The position numbers were made by a program, and so were the translations under genes. Below are positions 43,284 to 57,449 of a stretch of 64,000 nucleotides of DNA, in pieces; the first letter of the stretch is position 1, and every line of letters begins with the position of its first letter. Under the pieces are notes generated by a model that did not search any database, was not told where the DNA came from, and saw only the letters and a program-made list of their open reading frames with translations. Source of the DNA: Octopus sinensis (lineage: Eukaryota); contig NC_043001.1 of NCBI RefSeq assembly GCF_006345805.1, positions 89,900,001-89,964,000 on the forward strand. Direction: 5' to 3'.

Positions 43284-43710
43284 CTTTACTGCCCACAAGA
43301 GGCTAAACATAGAGGGGACAAAGAAGGACAGACAAAGGGATTAAATCGATTACATAGACCCCCAGTGTGAAACTGGTACTTTATTTATCAACTCCGAAAG
43401 GATGAAAGGCAAAGTCAACCTCGGCGAAATTTGAACTCAGAACGTAACGACAGACAGAATACCGCTGAGCATTTCGCCCAGCATGCTAACGTTTCTGCCA
43501 GCTTGCCGCCTTAATATATATATGACCGCATGTGTACCGTTGGCGATTTTTTTCCCTTTGTCTTCCCTTCTCCTATGTTTCCAACGAAGAGCTCCGCTCA
43601 AAATGTTAAACCCTCCTTCTTTCCTTCTTTCCTGAGCATCCAATAATACTGTATTTGTTCCACGTCCTCGCATTGTTGTGTTTTTTGTGCTTTCATGTTT
43701 GGATTAACTT

Positions 43711-43768
<58 letters not shown>

Positions 43769-44894
43769 AATATATATATATCTATGCATATTCTTTTATT
43801 CTTTTACTCTTTTATTTCTTTCAGCCATTTGACTGTGGCTATGCTGGAGCACCGCCTTTATTCAAACAGATTGACCCCAGAACTTATTCTTTGTAAGTCT
43901 AGTACTTATTCTATCCGTCTCTTTTGCCAAACCGCTAGGTTACAGGGATGTAAACACACCAACATCAGTAGTCAAGCTATCCGCATATCATACTTAACGT
44001 AGATACAGCACAAAAGGCAACTAATTGCAGTATTTGTCTGGAAATAATATCATTTATGGACATACTGTGTTTAAAAACACAAAAATACATGTGTAGCAGA
44101 TGATTATTATCCAGTAACATCTGTGAGAATGTTAGATGCAGATTTCTGTCCTGGGTGGTTAATTACAACAGTTGGATGGTTAATTTTCAGTTACTGTTAT
44201 CCTAAACATATACTTACATAGATACATATATATATGTACATATACGTACCTACACCTATACATACATACGTACATATGACCCTTCCTCACTTCTCTTCCC
44301 TCAACTTTACTCCAGTTTTCCTTCCACTCTCCTTCCTTTTTCTTTTTCCTCTTTCGAATTGGACTTTCCTGATTTTTCAGTTTCCAAAAAAGAGCTATGC
44401 TCAAAATGTAAAACTACTACTCTTTTCCTTCTCTGAGCATCTTATTAATACTTTGCTTTGTTTTTTGTTTGTTTTTTCTTTTTCTTTGTGTTTTTTTAAT
44501 TGATTATATATCATCATCATCATCATCATCATCGTCGTCGTCGTCGTCGTTTAAAGTCCGCTTTCCATGCTGGCATGGATTGGACAATATGACTGAGGAC
44601 TGGCAAACCAGATGGCTGCACCAGGCTCCAATCTTGATCTGGCAGAGTTTCTATAGCTGGATGCCCTTCCTAATGCCAACCACTCTGAGAGTGTTATGGG
44701 TGCTTTTATGTGCCACTGGCACGAGGGCCAGTCAGGTGATACTGGCAACACCTATGCTCAAATGGTGTTTTTTACATGCTGCTTGCACAGGAGCCAATCC
44801 AGCAGCACTGACAACAACCTCGCTCGAATGTTTTTTCACGTACCACCGGCATAAGTGCCAGTAAGGCAATGCTGGTAACGATCACGCTCAAATG

Positions 44895-44934
<40 letters not shown>

Positions 44935-45189
44935 ATGTATGTATATTTATAGATATTTGTATGTGTATAAGTAGCACATGCCAAAGAAAATTAAATTACA
45001 AATTAAAAGCAACTCTAGTAATGTAAACATTATTGGTCACACATGCATAGTATATGCACTTTGTTTATATACCAAATTTGCTGCTGGATAGTGTCTGGGG
45101 AAAACTCTGTGACATACAGGTGTTCATTAACATTTAAGTGTTATAGAACACTTGAATGTCACAGGCTAGGTATGACAAATTGGCGTATA

Positions 45190-45425
<236 letters not shown>

Positions 45426-45834
45426 TATATATTTATCATCATCATCATCACATCATCTAACATCTGCTTTACATGCTGGCATGGGTTGGACAGTTTAAAT
45501 AGGAGCTGACCAGACAGAAGGCTGCACCAAACTTCTAACACCAACCACCCTGCAGAGTGGGTTGAGTGCTTTTTACATGGCACCAGCACAGGTGAGGTCA
45601 GTTTTGGCATGGGTTTTACAGCTGGATGCACTTCCAAATACCAACCTCTTTACAGTGTATACTGGATGCTTTTTACATGGCACCAGCACTTGCAGGGTCA
45701 CCAAGTAACTTGCGAGAGAAGGGATCTTTGGACAAGGTGATCTTGTGTCAGATGATGCAAGGCTAGAGTGTTACAAAGAGAGAGAAAGACAGAAACAGGT
45801 GTCTTGCTGTAGAGGAGGTAGATGGTTATCTGGC

Positions 45835-45985
<151 letters not shown>

Positions 45986-47164
45986 TATATATGTCTGTCT
46001 GTATGTATATTTGAAAGGCCTCTGTCTACAAAATCCACTCACAAGGTTTTGGTTTGTCTGAGGTGATAGTAAAGTAGGACAGAATCCCAAAGCATGTGTC
46101 TGGGGAGTGAATATGGCTTTATGCTTCCTGCATCTAGGGAAAAGATGGGATGGTCATGATTGGAATGATATTGATTAGAGGCTTGTTCCATCAGGACTAA
46201 CTTGAGACATAATAACAGCAATGACTGCTTCTGATATAGATGCAAGACTTGAGATTTAGCAGGAGAAGTTAGTCTATTATATTGATCCTGCCAATATTTT
46301 ACTGGTACTCTATTTTATCAATGCAGGAAGGATGAATGGCAAAGTTGATATCAACAGGATTTGAACTTGAACTTACAACACAAGGTGTTTTGTCAGTCAC
46401 TCTAATGATCCTGCCAATATATTGCTAAGCAATAATAATAACAACAACTAGTTTCTTTACATTCTATATTTTACTATACAATAATAATTGATATTTGTCT
46501 CTGATCATGAAAGGTGAATCAGTTGACATTATTTATCACTTATTAATTATTTGATGTTTATAAGCAATGTTGTCTTTTCTCTTTTAACCATATTGTTGCT
46601 GCATTTCTCTTGAAATACACTGTTTTGTTTCAATGATATTTTGAGCCTTAGAACTCATAAGGTTGAAGCTTAACACAATTTCCATGCTGTGTAAGTGACT
46701 GAAATTATAACAGGATGCTAGTCTGTCACAGGGTTATATTCCCAGTTATTGCTGGGATTAATTTACAACTGAATAGACTGAAACACTGTGAAATGAAATG
46801 TTTTACTCAAGAATATAATGCACACTCTGGTTTAGGAATGAAAACTACAATCTTATGATCACAGGAAATAATGATGAATTTATAAAAAAGATTTACCAAT
46901 ATTAAACTGGTGTTTGGAACATAAATAAACATGAAGATTTGATGGAGGCTGATAATTTAGATCACTTTAAAAGTAGAAGTTTTTATAACCAGGTGTGGTC
47001 CTGGGTAAGTTGGTATCAAAAGGATTATAGACATCACTGAGAATAATTGCTGAATCTGCTATTATTTGCCTTGGGCACTCAACTCCTTGATGGAGTTGTC
47101 ATAAGAGTGCCATATATATATGTATGTATACTCATATATATATGAGTGTTTGTGCGTGTATGTC

Positions 47165-47207
<43 letters not shown>

Positions 47208-47394
47208 CACACACACACATACACACATATCATCATCATCATCATCATCATCCACTCTGCAGAGTGGTTGGTGTTAGGAAGAACATCCAGCTGTAAAATT
47301 CGTGCCAAAACAGACACAAAAGTCTGCTGCAGTCTTCTTCTTGGCCAGCTCCTGTCAAACTGTCCAACACATGCTAGCATGAAAGGCAGATATT

Positions 47395-47563
47395 AAATGA
47401 TGATGATGATGATGATGATATATATATATATATATTATATATATATATATACACATACATATTCATATATATATATTTGTTTATGTATATATATATACAT
47501 GTATATAGAGTATATGTATATAGATCTATATATGAATGTAAATGTATGTGTGTGTCTTTGTGA

Positions 47564-47636
<73 letters not shown>

Positions 47637-47669
47637 ACATGCTTGTATATATGTATGTATCTCTCTCTC

Positions 47670-47706
<37 letters not shown>

Positions 47707-47730
47707 CTATGTGTTATGTTCATATATAAA
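47395..47730. repeat. (TGA)/(TA)/(TG) compound microsatellite
   Basis: Direct inspection. Confidence 0.9.
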
Positions 47731-49309
47731 ATTGTTTTAGTCTCATTGTATTAGTACAACAACAGTGGAAAGGCAAATATCAGCCTTACCTTTGATCCAA
47801 GGCTGGTATAAAAAATATCAACCAAAAACTAGAGTAATTCTAAACAACTATACCCCTTGCTCAAACTTTGTTCTCCTATACCTAAGTTAAAAATCAATAT
47901 TCAGTTTACAACAAACATTCATGCTGAATTCTATGAACATTCATTGAAAGTAGTTTTAATGAATCATTATCTCCCTGACATACATTCAACATTTGCACTG
48001 CCTTTATTCTTTTAATACCAACCAGCCTGAAAGTGTCCCAATTTCTATGGTGCAAATATTTTGATTCACTTTTAAAGTAATTTAAATTGAAACTGTCCGT
48101 CAAAATTTTACATTAATTAATGTTCCAAACACAGATTAATTAATTTGTTATTTTCACTAAATTCTTCTGTATTTTCAAAATTAATTGAAATAAATGCACT
48201 TTATTTCAACAGGAATATAATAACAAAAGGGTTGACTGACTAACTGAACTACTTCTGTAGTATAATGAAGTTGCAGTAATTGTTTGCATTCTGGATCTCA
48301 TTACCCTTGAGCAATATTCATCTAAAATTAAATTGTCAATAATTATCATAATTATCAAATGATGATGGTGGAAAGCTTCTAACAAAGTAAAAAGGCGAAG
48401 TTAAGCAACTTTTATTTTTCAGGTACAAAGGCCCATCGTTAGAAGTGAACAGCTTAAAGAAATGTAAGTTAACATAGATCCTGCCATGCTGGTTGCTGTA
48501 CGGGCAATGACCTCACTTTTCCTATGTGGTGATGTTGTGGCAATGGGTAAATGTATTATGAGTGTAGTATGAGTATGGTAAACTTAGTATGCAAGATGGT
48601 GTTGCCAGGGGCTGTAGAGGTCATAGTGGGGGTCAGTGGTGAATGGCTAGCTGTATAGGTTGGCAGCTCTACTGCTGCTGCTGTTACTATATTCGCCTGA
48701 TGTCAGAGACACCACTGTGCAGGCAAAGCAGGGCCACTGTTCATACAGCAATGATCATGACAAGATGTATGCAGACTTACATTTCTTTAAGCAGTTTACT
48801 TCTGATTATGGGCTTTGTGCCTGAATTATAAAGGTTACTTAACTTTCTGTTATTGCATTATTAAAAGCTCTCCATCTTCATTATTTGTAGTTTTATTCCT
48901 GTATCACCATCTTTCAAGCAAAATACAAACTCTTTTTACAATAAATATAATAGTCTCTCAGTATCCCTTAACAAACTATTTTGAATTGTAGCTTTACTGA
49001 GGAAGTCTTATTACAACCAAAACAAATCTGGAATTGCTTCTTGTACTTCCCATAATAATTAAAATAATCCTTTCTGTTATAAGTATAAGGGCTGAAATTT
49101 TGATGGAGGGACTTGTTGATTACATTGAATCCAGTGTTCAACTGGTACATATTTTATCAACTCTGAAAGGATGAAAGGCAAAGCCAACCTCAGAGGAATT
49201 TGAACTCAGAATGTAAAGATGGATGAAATGGTGCTGAGCATTTTGCTCAACATGCAAACAATTCTACCTGCTCATAACCTTAGAATAAATTAGAATATTA
49301 AAATAAATA

Positions 49310-49556
49310 AAGCGCCCTTTTAAAGCCTAGCCAGGCTCATGGGCCCAGTTTCCCAGTTTCAATGGCATATGTGTTCCCCAGCTGGACAGGACACCAGTCC
49401 ATCGCAGCGTTACTCATTTTTGCCAGCTGAGTGAACTGGAGCAACGTGAAATGAAATGTTTTGCTCAAGAACACAACGCGTCGTCCGGTCCAAGAATCGA
49501 AACCACAATCTTACGATCATGATGCTGACACCCTAACCACTAAGCCACGCAACTCC
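49310..49556 (-). mobile_element. tRNA-derived SINE sharing head and core with 38595-38931 but with a different tail
   Basis: Shared cagctgagtgaactggagcaacgtgaaat...ttgctcaagaacac...ctaaccact.agccacgc block. Confidence 0.7.
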
Positions 49557-50034
49557 ACAAATTAGAATATTAGCTGCGGATTAATATTATCTTTACTTTA
49601 TGACATACATTTGCTGTTTATTTTTCTTTTTTCTGACTAGTTTCTGAATGTTCAGTACATTAAATAAGGTGACACTAACATAATATCTACAATGACATTG
49701 GCCTAATTTGTCAAATGGTTACTGTATGTTGGCTTATGCTGTAAGCCCAATGACAAACGTCGCTCTACTGTTTATTGTGAGTGGTAAACTGAACTTTTGA
49801 TTGGCATTTATTTGCATTCAGAATGAATTAATTATATTTGCATGAAGCCATTGTTAATTCTCATAATGGGGTGTATGAACTAACAGTAACAGCAATAAGT
49901 ATGTGTCTATAGTTATATATATATGTATGTATGTATGTGTGGGTGGATACATACACACATACATATATATTATATATTTATATATATATATACAGACACA
50001 CAAACACACACATATGTATATACTTATATATATA

Positions 50035-50083
<49 letters not shown>

Positions 50084-50131
50084 CATACATACCCATGTAT
50101 ATTTATATATACACATATCTGTATCTATGTG

Positions 50132-50166
<35 letters not shown>

Positions 50167-50168
<2 letters not shown>

Positions 50169-51403
50169 GGGTGCGTTAGGTATTCGTGGATATACCTTTT
50201 TTGGGTCATAGCTGCATTTTTTACTAACTCGGTATAATCTTTGTGTCAGAAAATAATAATTGCAGACTTTCAGCTTACTCAAAAAAACTAAGAGGCATGC
50301 TGTTATTGTGGTATTAAAGGCTGAACATAGTGATTTAGAAATATCTTGATTTTTAAAAGTTGCCAGTCCTTTCATCTAAAATGTTTGTTCAGAGCTAGAA
50401 ACTTAAGATGGAAATGTATCACCAGTATCAAAGCATAAAAAGTATTCTAAATGCTCTGAAATCATTAAAACACCTTAATTTATCCAACAAGTTCAATAGA
50501 CCATTAATTACAATTGCAGAAAGTCCATGAAGTCAATTACAAAAGATCTCCATTTGTTAGAAGGAACAGTCAGAAATGTTGTCCATTAAGACATCAGATA
50601 TAAGTCTTATATGATGAGGAAAGGTCAATTTGTCAGAAAAAGTAAAAGAAAATCACTACATCAGATCTAAAAGGTTCTTAAACAAACTGAAAAATCCAGC
50701 AGAAAAAGATTTGATTTAGTTTTTCTCAAACAAAAAAAAAACTTCAAACAAGATCAAAAAGTTAACAGAAGAAATGACAGATGGTTATGTGCAGACCCTT
50801 CTGAAGTTCCAAGTGTTATGCATACAAAATTTCCTGTAACTGTCATGGTTTTAAGGGTTGTCAGCAATGAAGGACATATGATGCCTCCTTACTTCTTTCC
50901 GCAAGGCCTTAGGTCCTGGAAATAATTGCTAAGCCCTGGATAAACAGTGTATGCAATGGAAGGCCATATGTGTTTCGGTAACACACTGCACTATTTCATA
51001 TGGCTCTAGTAACACAGGAATGGATGGCTGAAAATTTTCAGCATCACATAACCCCTAACATTTGGCCTCCTAATTCCCCAAATCTCAATCCATTGAACAT
51101 GGGGAGCGTTATTGAGAGAGAGAGAGTTCAATGAACATGCCCATATCACCAAAGGTTCTTTGAAAGCTGCCATAGTCAAAGTAATGTCCAAAATGAACCA
51201 GGACCACATCATTCAAACATGTAGATGATTTAGATCTCATATAGAAGGAGTTGTTGAAGCTGAAGGTGGCTTTATTGAATAACATTATAGAAAAGAAGGT
51301 TTACTTTTATCCTCAAACCATTTTTTGATAACGTTATTATCTGTTATTATATATGTTTTTTTTTATAAACATAAATTTGTCCTCAAATATCTTATGCACC
51401 CTG
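50167..51403 (+). mobile_element. decayed Tc1/mariner element (maT/DD37D-like)
   Basis: TA|CAGGGTGC...GCACCCTG|TA termini; relics NRRNDRWLC, TKFPVTVMVLRVVSNEG, WPPNSPNLNPL, VVEAEGGFIE. Confidence 0.75.
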
Positions 51404-51473
51404 TATATATATTGATAAACATATAGCCGTATGTAAGCCGACTCAAGAAATCTTTAGTGAAAGTTTTTATTGA

Positions 51474-51517
51474 TGTACTTGAAGAGACCCAGAACGGGTC
51501 GAAACACATGTTGTGCA
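51474..51517 (+). ncRNA. minimal type I hammerhead-like motif in a Penelope-like tail
   Basis: UGUAC-UUGAAGA-GACCC/AGAAC/GGGUC-GAAAC-ACAU-GUU-GUGCA; core has a C3U variant. Confidence 0.5.
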
Positions 51518-51729
51518 CTATAAAGTCTATAACGCATTCCATCTACAATGTTATTAATACTGTTATCCCAGCTGCCACTACGAAATTCCTGCAATAAATG
51601 TACGGAAAACTACAGGTAATCAAACTGTGTCGGTGCTTTACTCATCATCTATTTATACATTTTGTACAATTTCTCCATTATATGTGTGTGTGTGTTTATG
51701 TAGATGTATATATATATATATATAATATA

Positions 51730-51760
<31 letters not shown>

Positions 51761-51767
51761 AGATGTG

Positions 51768-51801
<34 letters not shown>

Positions 51802-52191
51802 ATATATATATAAAAAGGCAAGCAGAGTTAGCTGTTATAATAACTGACTAAGGGATAATATATCTGTATTTACTATCGGTATTAGTTACCTGTGTTATTT
51901 CTGGGCATGGGTATGCAGGCACACTATGCTCATAGAGTACAGGTAACAAAAGAATAAACAAAAGTTTATCAGGAATCAAATTTAAGTAATCAGAAAATTG
52001 AGAAAACTTTAGATGTATACAAATAGATGTATATATATATATATATATATATGTAAAATTTAGATTCAGATGAATATGGTACTTGAGTTGACACACCAGA
52101 ATTTAGTACGGTATTAACCATACAATTTCAAAATAAGGTGATTAAAATCAAAATAAGCAACAATGATATCCTTGTTGCTTATTTTGATTAC

Positions 52192-52239
<48 letters not shown>

Positions 52240-52513
52240 ATATATATATGTATGTATATATATATGTATATACAGATGTGTGTGTGTGTGTATATATACA
52301 CACACATATATGTATAAAATATGTATATGTGTATTGATATGTATGTATACACACACATATATATGTATATATCTATGTAACTATATGTATATGTATATAT
52401 ACATATATATATGTGTGTGTGTGTGAGTGTGTATAATTATATGTTTATATCAATATCTATCCATCTATCTATTTATCTATATGTATATATATATGTATAC
52501 ATATGTATGTATT

Positions 52514-52553
<40 letters not shown>

Positions 52554-53289
52554 CGCATGTGTGTGTATTTATTGTAAGAAATTTGATGTTGATTTATCAC
52601 ATTACCAGAAACCTGGTTGTTAAAGGTGAGTAAAGAAGTCAGATAAATTAACTGCAGGATATAGCTTGTTTTCATACTTAATTGACCACTGGCACTGTAT
52701 GAAATTCGTAGTTGATATAGATGCTGATGATGCTGATGATGATGACCTTGAAGCAGGAAATTTGTATTGTGGAACGAAACAGTCAATATATTTCAACAGA
52801 AATATATAAAAACAGAAGGGTTAATCACCCACTATTTTTTGGGTGGTCTAAAATCAGAAAGTTTAATGCATAAGATAAATATTTGAATAATATACTTTCT
52901 AGAGAATGTAACCTGAATTAGTTTAAACCTGGACGACCTGAATATGGTTGTAATGGGATGTGATGAGAAACTTAATTTGATTTTTACATTCATTCATGCA
53001 TATAAATTTCAGCTCATGTCTGACTGGAACCATAATTCATGTAATCATACCATGCAATCCCAGTTACATATTGTTAAACCCGTTCATTACATACCCATCA
53101 ATATCAGCAATCATTTTATCAATGGGTGAACATAATATATATCTATATATATTTATAGTAATAATAATAATATGAGGGTATATTATTCCAAACTTACAGG
53201 GAAAAATTCAATTTAGAAATACTAAATCAAATTTCACAAAATATAATATATATATATATAAATTAGAAAAAACCCCACCTTTTATCAAT

Positions 53290-53510
53290 TCAATCAGCAT
53301 ATCATGATCCACTGAGTTGATTGTTGTTGTTCTTCAATGTTTAAGGGTATCGAGGTTAGTGGGTAGCGGTGGAATATAGACACAAACTTTTACATATCCC
53401 CACAAGAAAAAGTCAGACAGTGAGATCTGGGGATCTCACAGGCCAAGCAGATATGTGTCTGGGAGGAATTCTCTCATTGCATTGATGTTGCCTGTGCTGC
53501 AAGTGGTGGT
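53290..53510 (-). mobile_element. Tc1/mariner transposase C-terminal remnant
   Basis: Minus-strand WPVRSPDLT..DFFLWGYVK. Confidence 0.55.
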
Positions 53511-53514
53511 CACA

Positions 53515-55762
53515 TTGAAAAGTCACCAGGGCATGATGGTATGCCCTATGAGTTGTTCGGGTACCTACTGGCCGGAGTCTATGCCAACTGGCAGTAGAAT
53601 GGGAGTATTCCCAAATCTGTAAGCCGAGGAGTAGTCCCTCTAATCAGAAAGAACCCTAACAAGGGGGACATTATTAGTAATTGTAGGCTCATAACTCTGT
53701 TAAATACAGAGTTAAAGATTTTGGCCAAGGTGCTAGCAAAGAGGTTGGCGTGGGTCGTGGGCAACCTTGTCGGGGAGACGCAAACTCGCGCCATTCCCGG
53801 CAGGTTGATTCGCGACATTCTCCACCTCATACGCTACACCATAGAGGGTGTTGGTAAAATTACTGGCAAAGGTGGGTCACTGGTGCATTTAGACCAGTCT
53901 AAAGCTTTCGATAAAGTCGACCATCGGTACCTAGCAACAGTTTTCGGGGCGGCCGGGCTAGGCCCGACTTTTTGAAGCTGGGTCGCTGCTGTGTACTGCA
54001 ACATAGTCTGTCGTTCGAGTGAATGGTTTCCTCCCGAAACCATTCGAGATAACGCGCTCTGTTCGCCAGGGATGTCACCAGTCTTCACCTTTATATGTGC
54101 TGGCTCTTGAACCATTGCTGCGCAGGTGGGAAGCTATAAGGGGCAACCTGCATGATCTGAGTGGAGGGAAGACGGCGATCGCACATGCGGATGACTTCAC
54201 CGTCAGCGTGTCGGATGAAGGGCAGCTGCCTTGTGAAGAAAACGCCATCAGAAGATACGAAGCAGTGGTAAGAGCAAGAATTAATCAGAATAAGTCGCTC
54301 GGCTTGCAACTCGGCACCCAGAGGGGCAAGTCGATGTCGTCCGATAACGTTGTGGGACGTTGAACAGAAGGTCCTGTTAAGATGCTAGGGGTCTCGTTTG
54401 GTCTAGACCTCCTGATGGAGAAGAATTGTAGTGAGGTAACAAGCAGTGTAACGGCTCTAACCCAAATTTGGCCTGAAAGGGCGTTATCGCTGCTAGGAAG
54501 GGCGGAGGTGATGCGGGTGTTTAATGCATCCGTTATCACCTACCGTCTGACCGTCGTGCCTTGCCCTGATTCGTGGCTAAGCAAGTTGGAGAGACTCCTC
54601 TTTCGCTTTTCGTGGAAGGGGAGGCCACTTGTAAGGCGCTCTATCTGCTGCCAAAAACCGTTAAAGGATGAACTAGGGATGCCGTGGCCGAGGATGCACA
54701 AACTTGCTCTGAGGCATAGACATCTCTGGCGTCACCTGGATGGTGAGCAGTTATGGTCACCGGTCGTGAAGTTCTTTCTTCCACAGTTGACCTCCCTTCG
54801 GGATTTAGGTCCTTGGATCAGGCGAAGACCTAGGCTGGGTGCTTGGCAAATGGAGTGTCGACAGGCACTCACACTTCTCTCCCGGGCGAGCACAGTCGGC
54901 AACTAGGGTTATACCGCGGACTTTTATAACGAGTTAGTGGAGCATATGTCAGTGGATGTCCTGGAGGAGACTCTGGGTGTCGATGGAAATCAGTTGGTTA
55001 AACTGTTCAGAAGGATTTTCGGACCGGGGTACCTGGATAATCACCAGAAATCTCTGACCCGGTTGTGTTACCGATCGGCCTTACTTGTTCGAGAGAGGCT
55101 ATCAAGGCACGGTAGTGCCATCTCACCGACATGCCCAAGGTGCGGGCGGGACAGTGAAACCGTCATGCATGCCTTCGTGGAGTGCCCGGAGTTAAAGGGA
55201 CTAACAGCCAATGTCGAACAACTGGTGTCAACGACAAAACGAGTACGGCTGTCAGCTGAATCAATTATCAATGCTGTTCCGTCCTCTTCCCTTAACAGGG
55301 AGAGGAGGAACAGTTTTTCTGCATTATAGCCATACTGAAAGAAACGGTATGAAAGACATGCGCGAAAGGGATTGCGAAAGGTACCTTTATTTACAGCCAA
55401 GGTCTAGTTAATTACTTTAAATATCACCTTAAAAGTAAGATCAGGCCGGAAAAGAGATACCTGACGTATAGCACGTTTCGTAAAAGAATGTGGAGAGAAA
55501 GTTGAGGATGAATGGAGCCGGTAAGCTCAGCAATCTAACCGGAATAGAAAGGAACGGCAGTCAACGCAGCGGTGGGCCTATGAGCCCAGGTACTTTCACA
55601 TAATATTTATAATTTTATTAATTTTAAATCGAAATTTTTAAAATCGAAATTAATTTTTAATCGGAAGTTTTGAAAAAGGAAAATACGAACTCTGTATGTT
55701 TTGTCTGTTTTTGTACTGTCCCCTCTTCGTTATGCCCAGTGTGGAAAATAAAGAAGAAAAAG
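53515..55762 (+). mobile_element. 5'-truncated Tx1-like (L1 clade) LINE, ORF2 RT to zinc finger plus 3' UTR; pseudogenised
   Basis: KSPGHDGMPYELF, LLNTELKILAKVLAKRL, HLDQSKAFDKVDH, SVRQGC, HADDFTV, CPRCGRDSETVMHAFVECP; stops and frameshifts; AATAAA at 55747. Confidence 0.85.
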
Positions 55763-57337
55763 TATGCAGTAGGCGGTGTGGTGTGTTCGCTTTCGTGTTA
55801 CGGTCTGTTATAATTTTATCTGAAGTTTATTGTTGAATTGCCGTTGATTTTGTTGCAGGTTTTCCCTTTTGGGATTACCTTTGTTTTAAAAATTGATTAA
55901 AAACTGTTAGTATCTTGCGACACATTGTCAGCCTTCACAGGCTTGTTTCCTGTTGGTTTTCCCCGTTGTGTAGGGTGTCCTACACAAAATGGATGACGAC
56001 ACATTTTACGAGCTCTGGGAGAGCGAGGATGAGGAGGAATACACAAGTGATTCCGGAGACAGTACGAATGATTGTGCGGCTGCAGCACGAAGAAGGATGA
56101 AATATTACAACATCAAGCCTGAGGCAGTCAAGAAGTTCCAGTTATTTCTACAAGAGGAGAGAGACAACGTGAGGCTAAATTTCTTCAATGAGGTGATGGA
56201 AAGAATTAAGAGAACAGTTGTTTATAGGACGCCTTCTTTAAAGACCAGAAAAATAGAGATAGCATTAATAGAGGAAATTGAAAAGGCATTAAAGCCTATT
56301 ATGTATAAATTGCCGTACGTTCAACACGGAAGAAAGTTTGGAACGGTGGAGGCGCAGTCTGTGGCTGAGAGGGATGCCAAGATGGACTCAGCGACCACCC
56401 TGCAGACAAGCGGATTAGCTCTTTTGCCATCATACCTAGGCAAAAGAACGACGAAAATAATGATAAGCAGTTTCGACCCGGAATTCAAACTAATGTGGAT
56501 CCTGGCGGCAGCCTTCGTCAACATAAAAGAAGAGGTGACACTATTGTAGTTGATGGAAAAAAGTACCCAGAACTGGTGTGACAGGGATGTAAGAGCAACA
56601 TGATACAAGAGTGAAGGTCGCTGTTCAGGGCAGAGTACCAAAGTGCTTCGGGTGTGGGCAAAAGGAGCATATATAAAAAAAAACAAAACAAAAAAAAAAA
56701 CGTGTTACCAGGGCCTACAACCTGAAACACAGGGAGTAATCCAGACGGAGGCCAGTATGCAGTAGCAGAGAACGGAAGAGGAGAAACAGGAGGAGGTGAC
56801 GGTGGAGTCAGAGAAAGACACACTGTCTACTTCAACGACTACGGAGCGGAAAAAGAAGCAGCAGGAGGGGACGGTGGAAGGAGAAACAGTCACGACGGAA
56901 GAAGTAGCACCATTGACAACTTCTACAAAGGTAAGTGACCTAAAAAAGCAGGTGACTGGGAGGCAGAGGAAAAAGAAAATTACTCGTTCCTCCCCTCCCA
57001 CAAACCAAAAAAGCCAAAAATTACAAGACTTTACAAACAAGAACACACATGAACATTTAATATAAACAAACCAAAAGAATAAAAAAAAAGAAAAACAAAG
57101 ACACTGAGATGACTTCACCAAGCAAAGTGAAAAAGAAAAATAATTTATGTTAGTTTAAAAAAAAAAATATTCAATGGTGTTGCCTGGGTCGTGGGGCACG
57201 GGTGACTATCATTTGATCTTTTCATATATTAATCATACATCTGCTCATTCGATGACTTTCTTTTTTTTCCGGCCTTACATGTAATGTCCTGTATCATCCT
57301 CTTTTTGATGGTCCCTTGTGAACAATAAAAAGAAAAA
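55763..57337 (+). mobile_element. ORF1-only Tx1/L1-like derivative (HAL1-like)
   Basis: 186-aa ORF 55989-56549, then a broken CCHC knuckle (PKCFGCGQKEH...C), acidic/basic tail, no RT, AATAAA at 57324 and an A-rich end. Confidence 0.55.
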
Positions 57338-57449
57338 GTACGTAACAGGCGGTTAGAGATAGTCGCGTCTTAACTGGTCTTACTAAGTATACTGTATGCT
57401 AAGTATACTGAAGTGGGTATTATAACAATCCAACATTTTAAGGATTATA

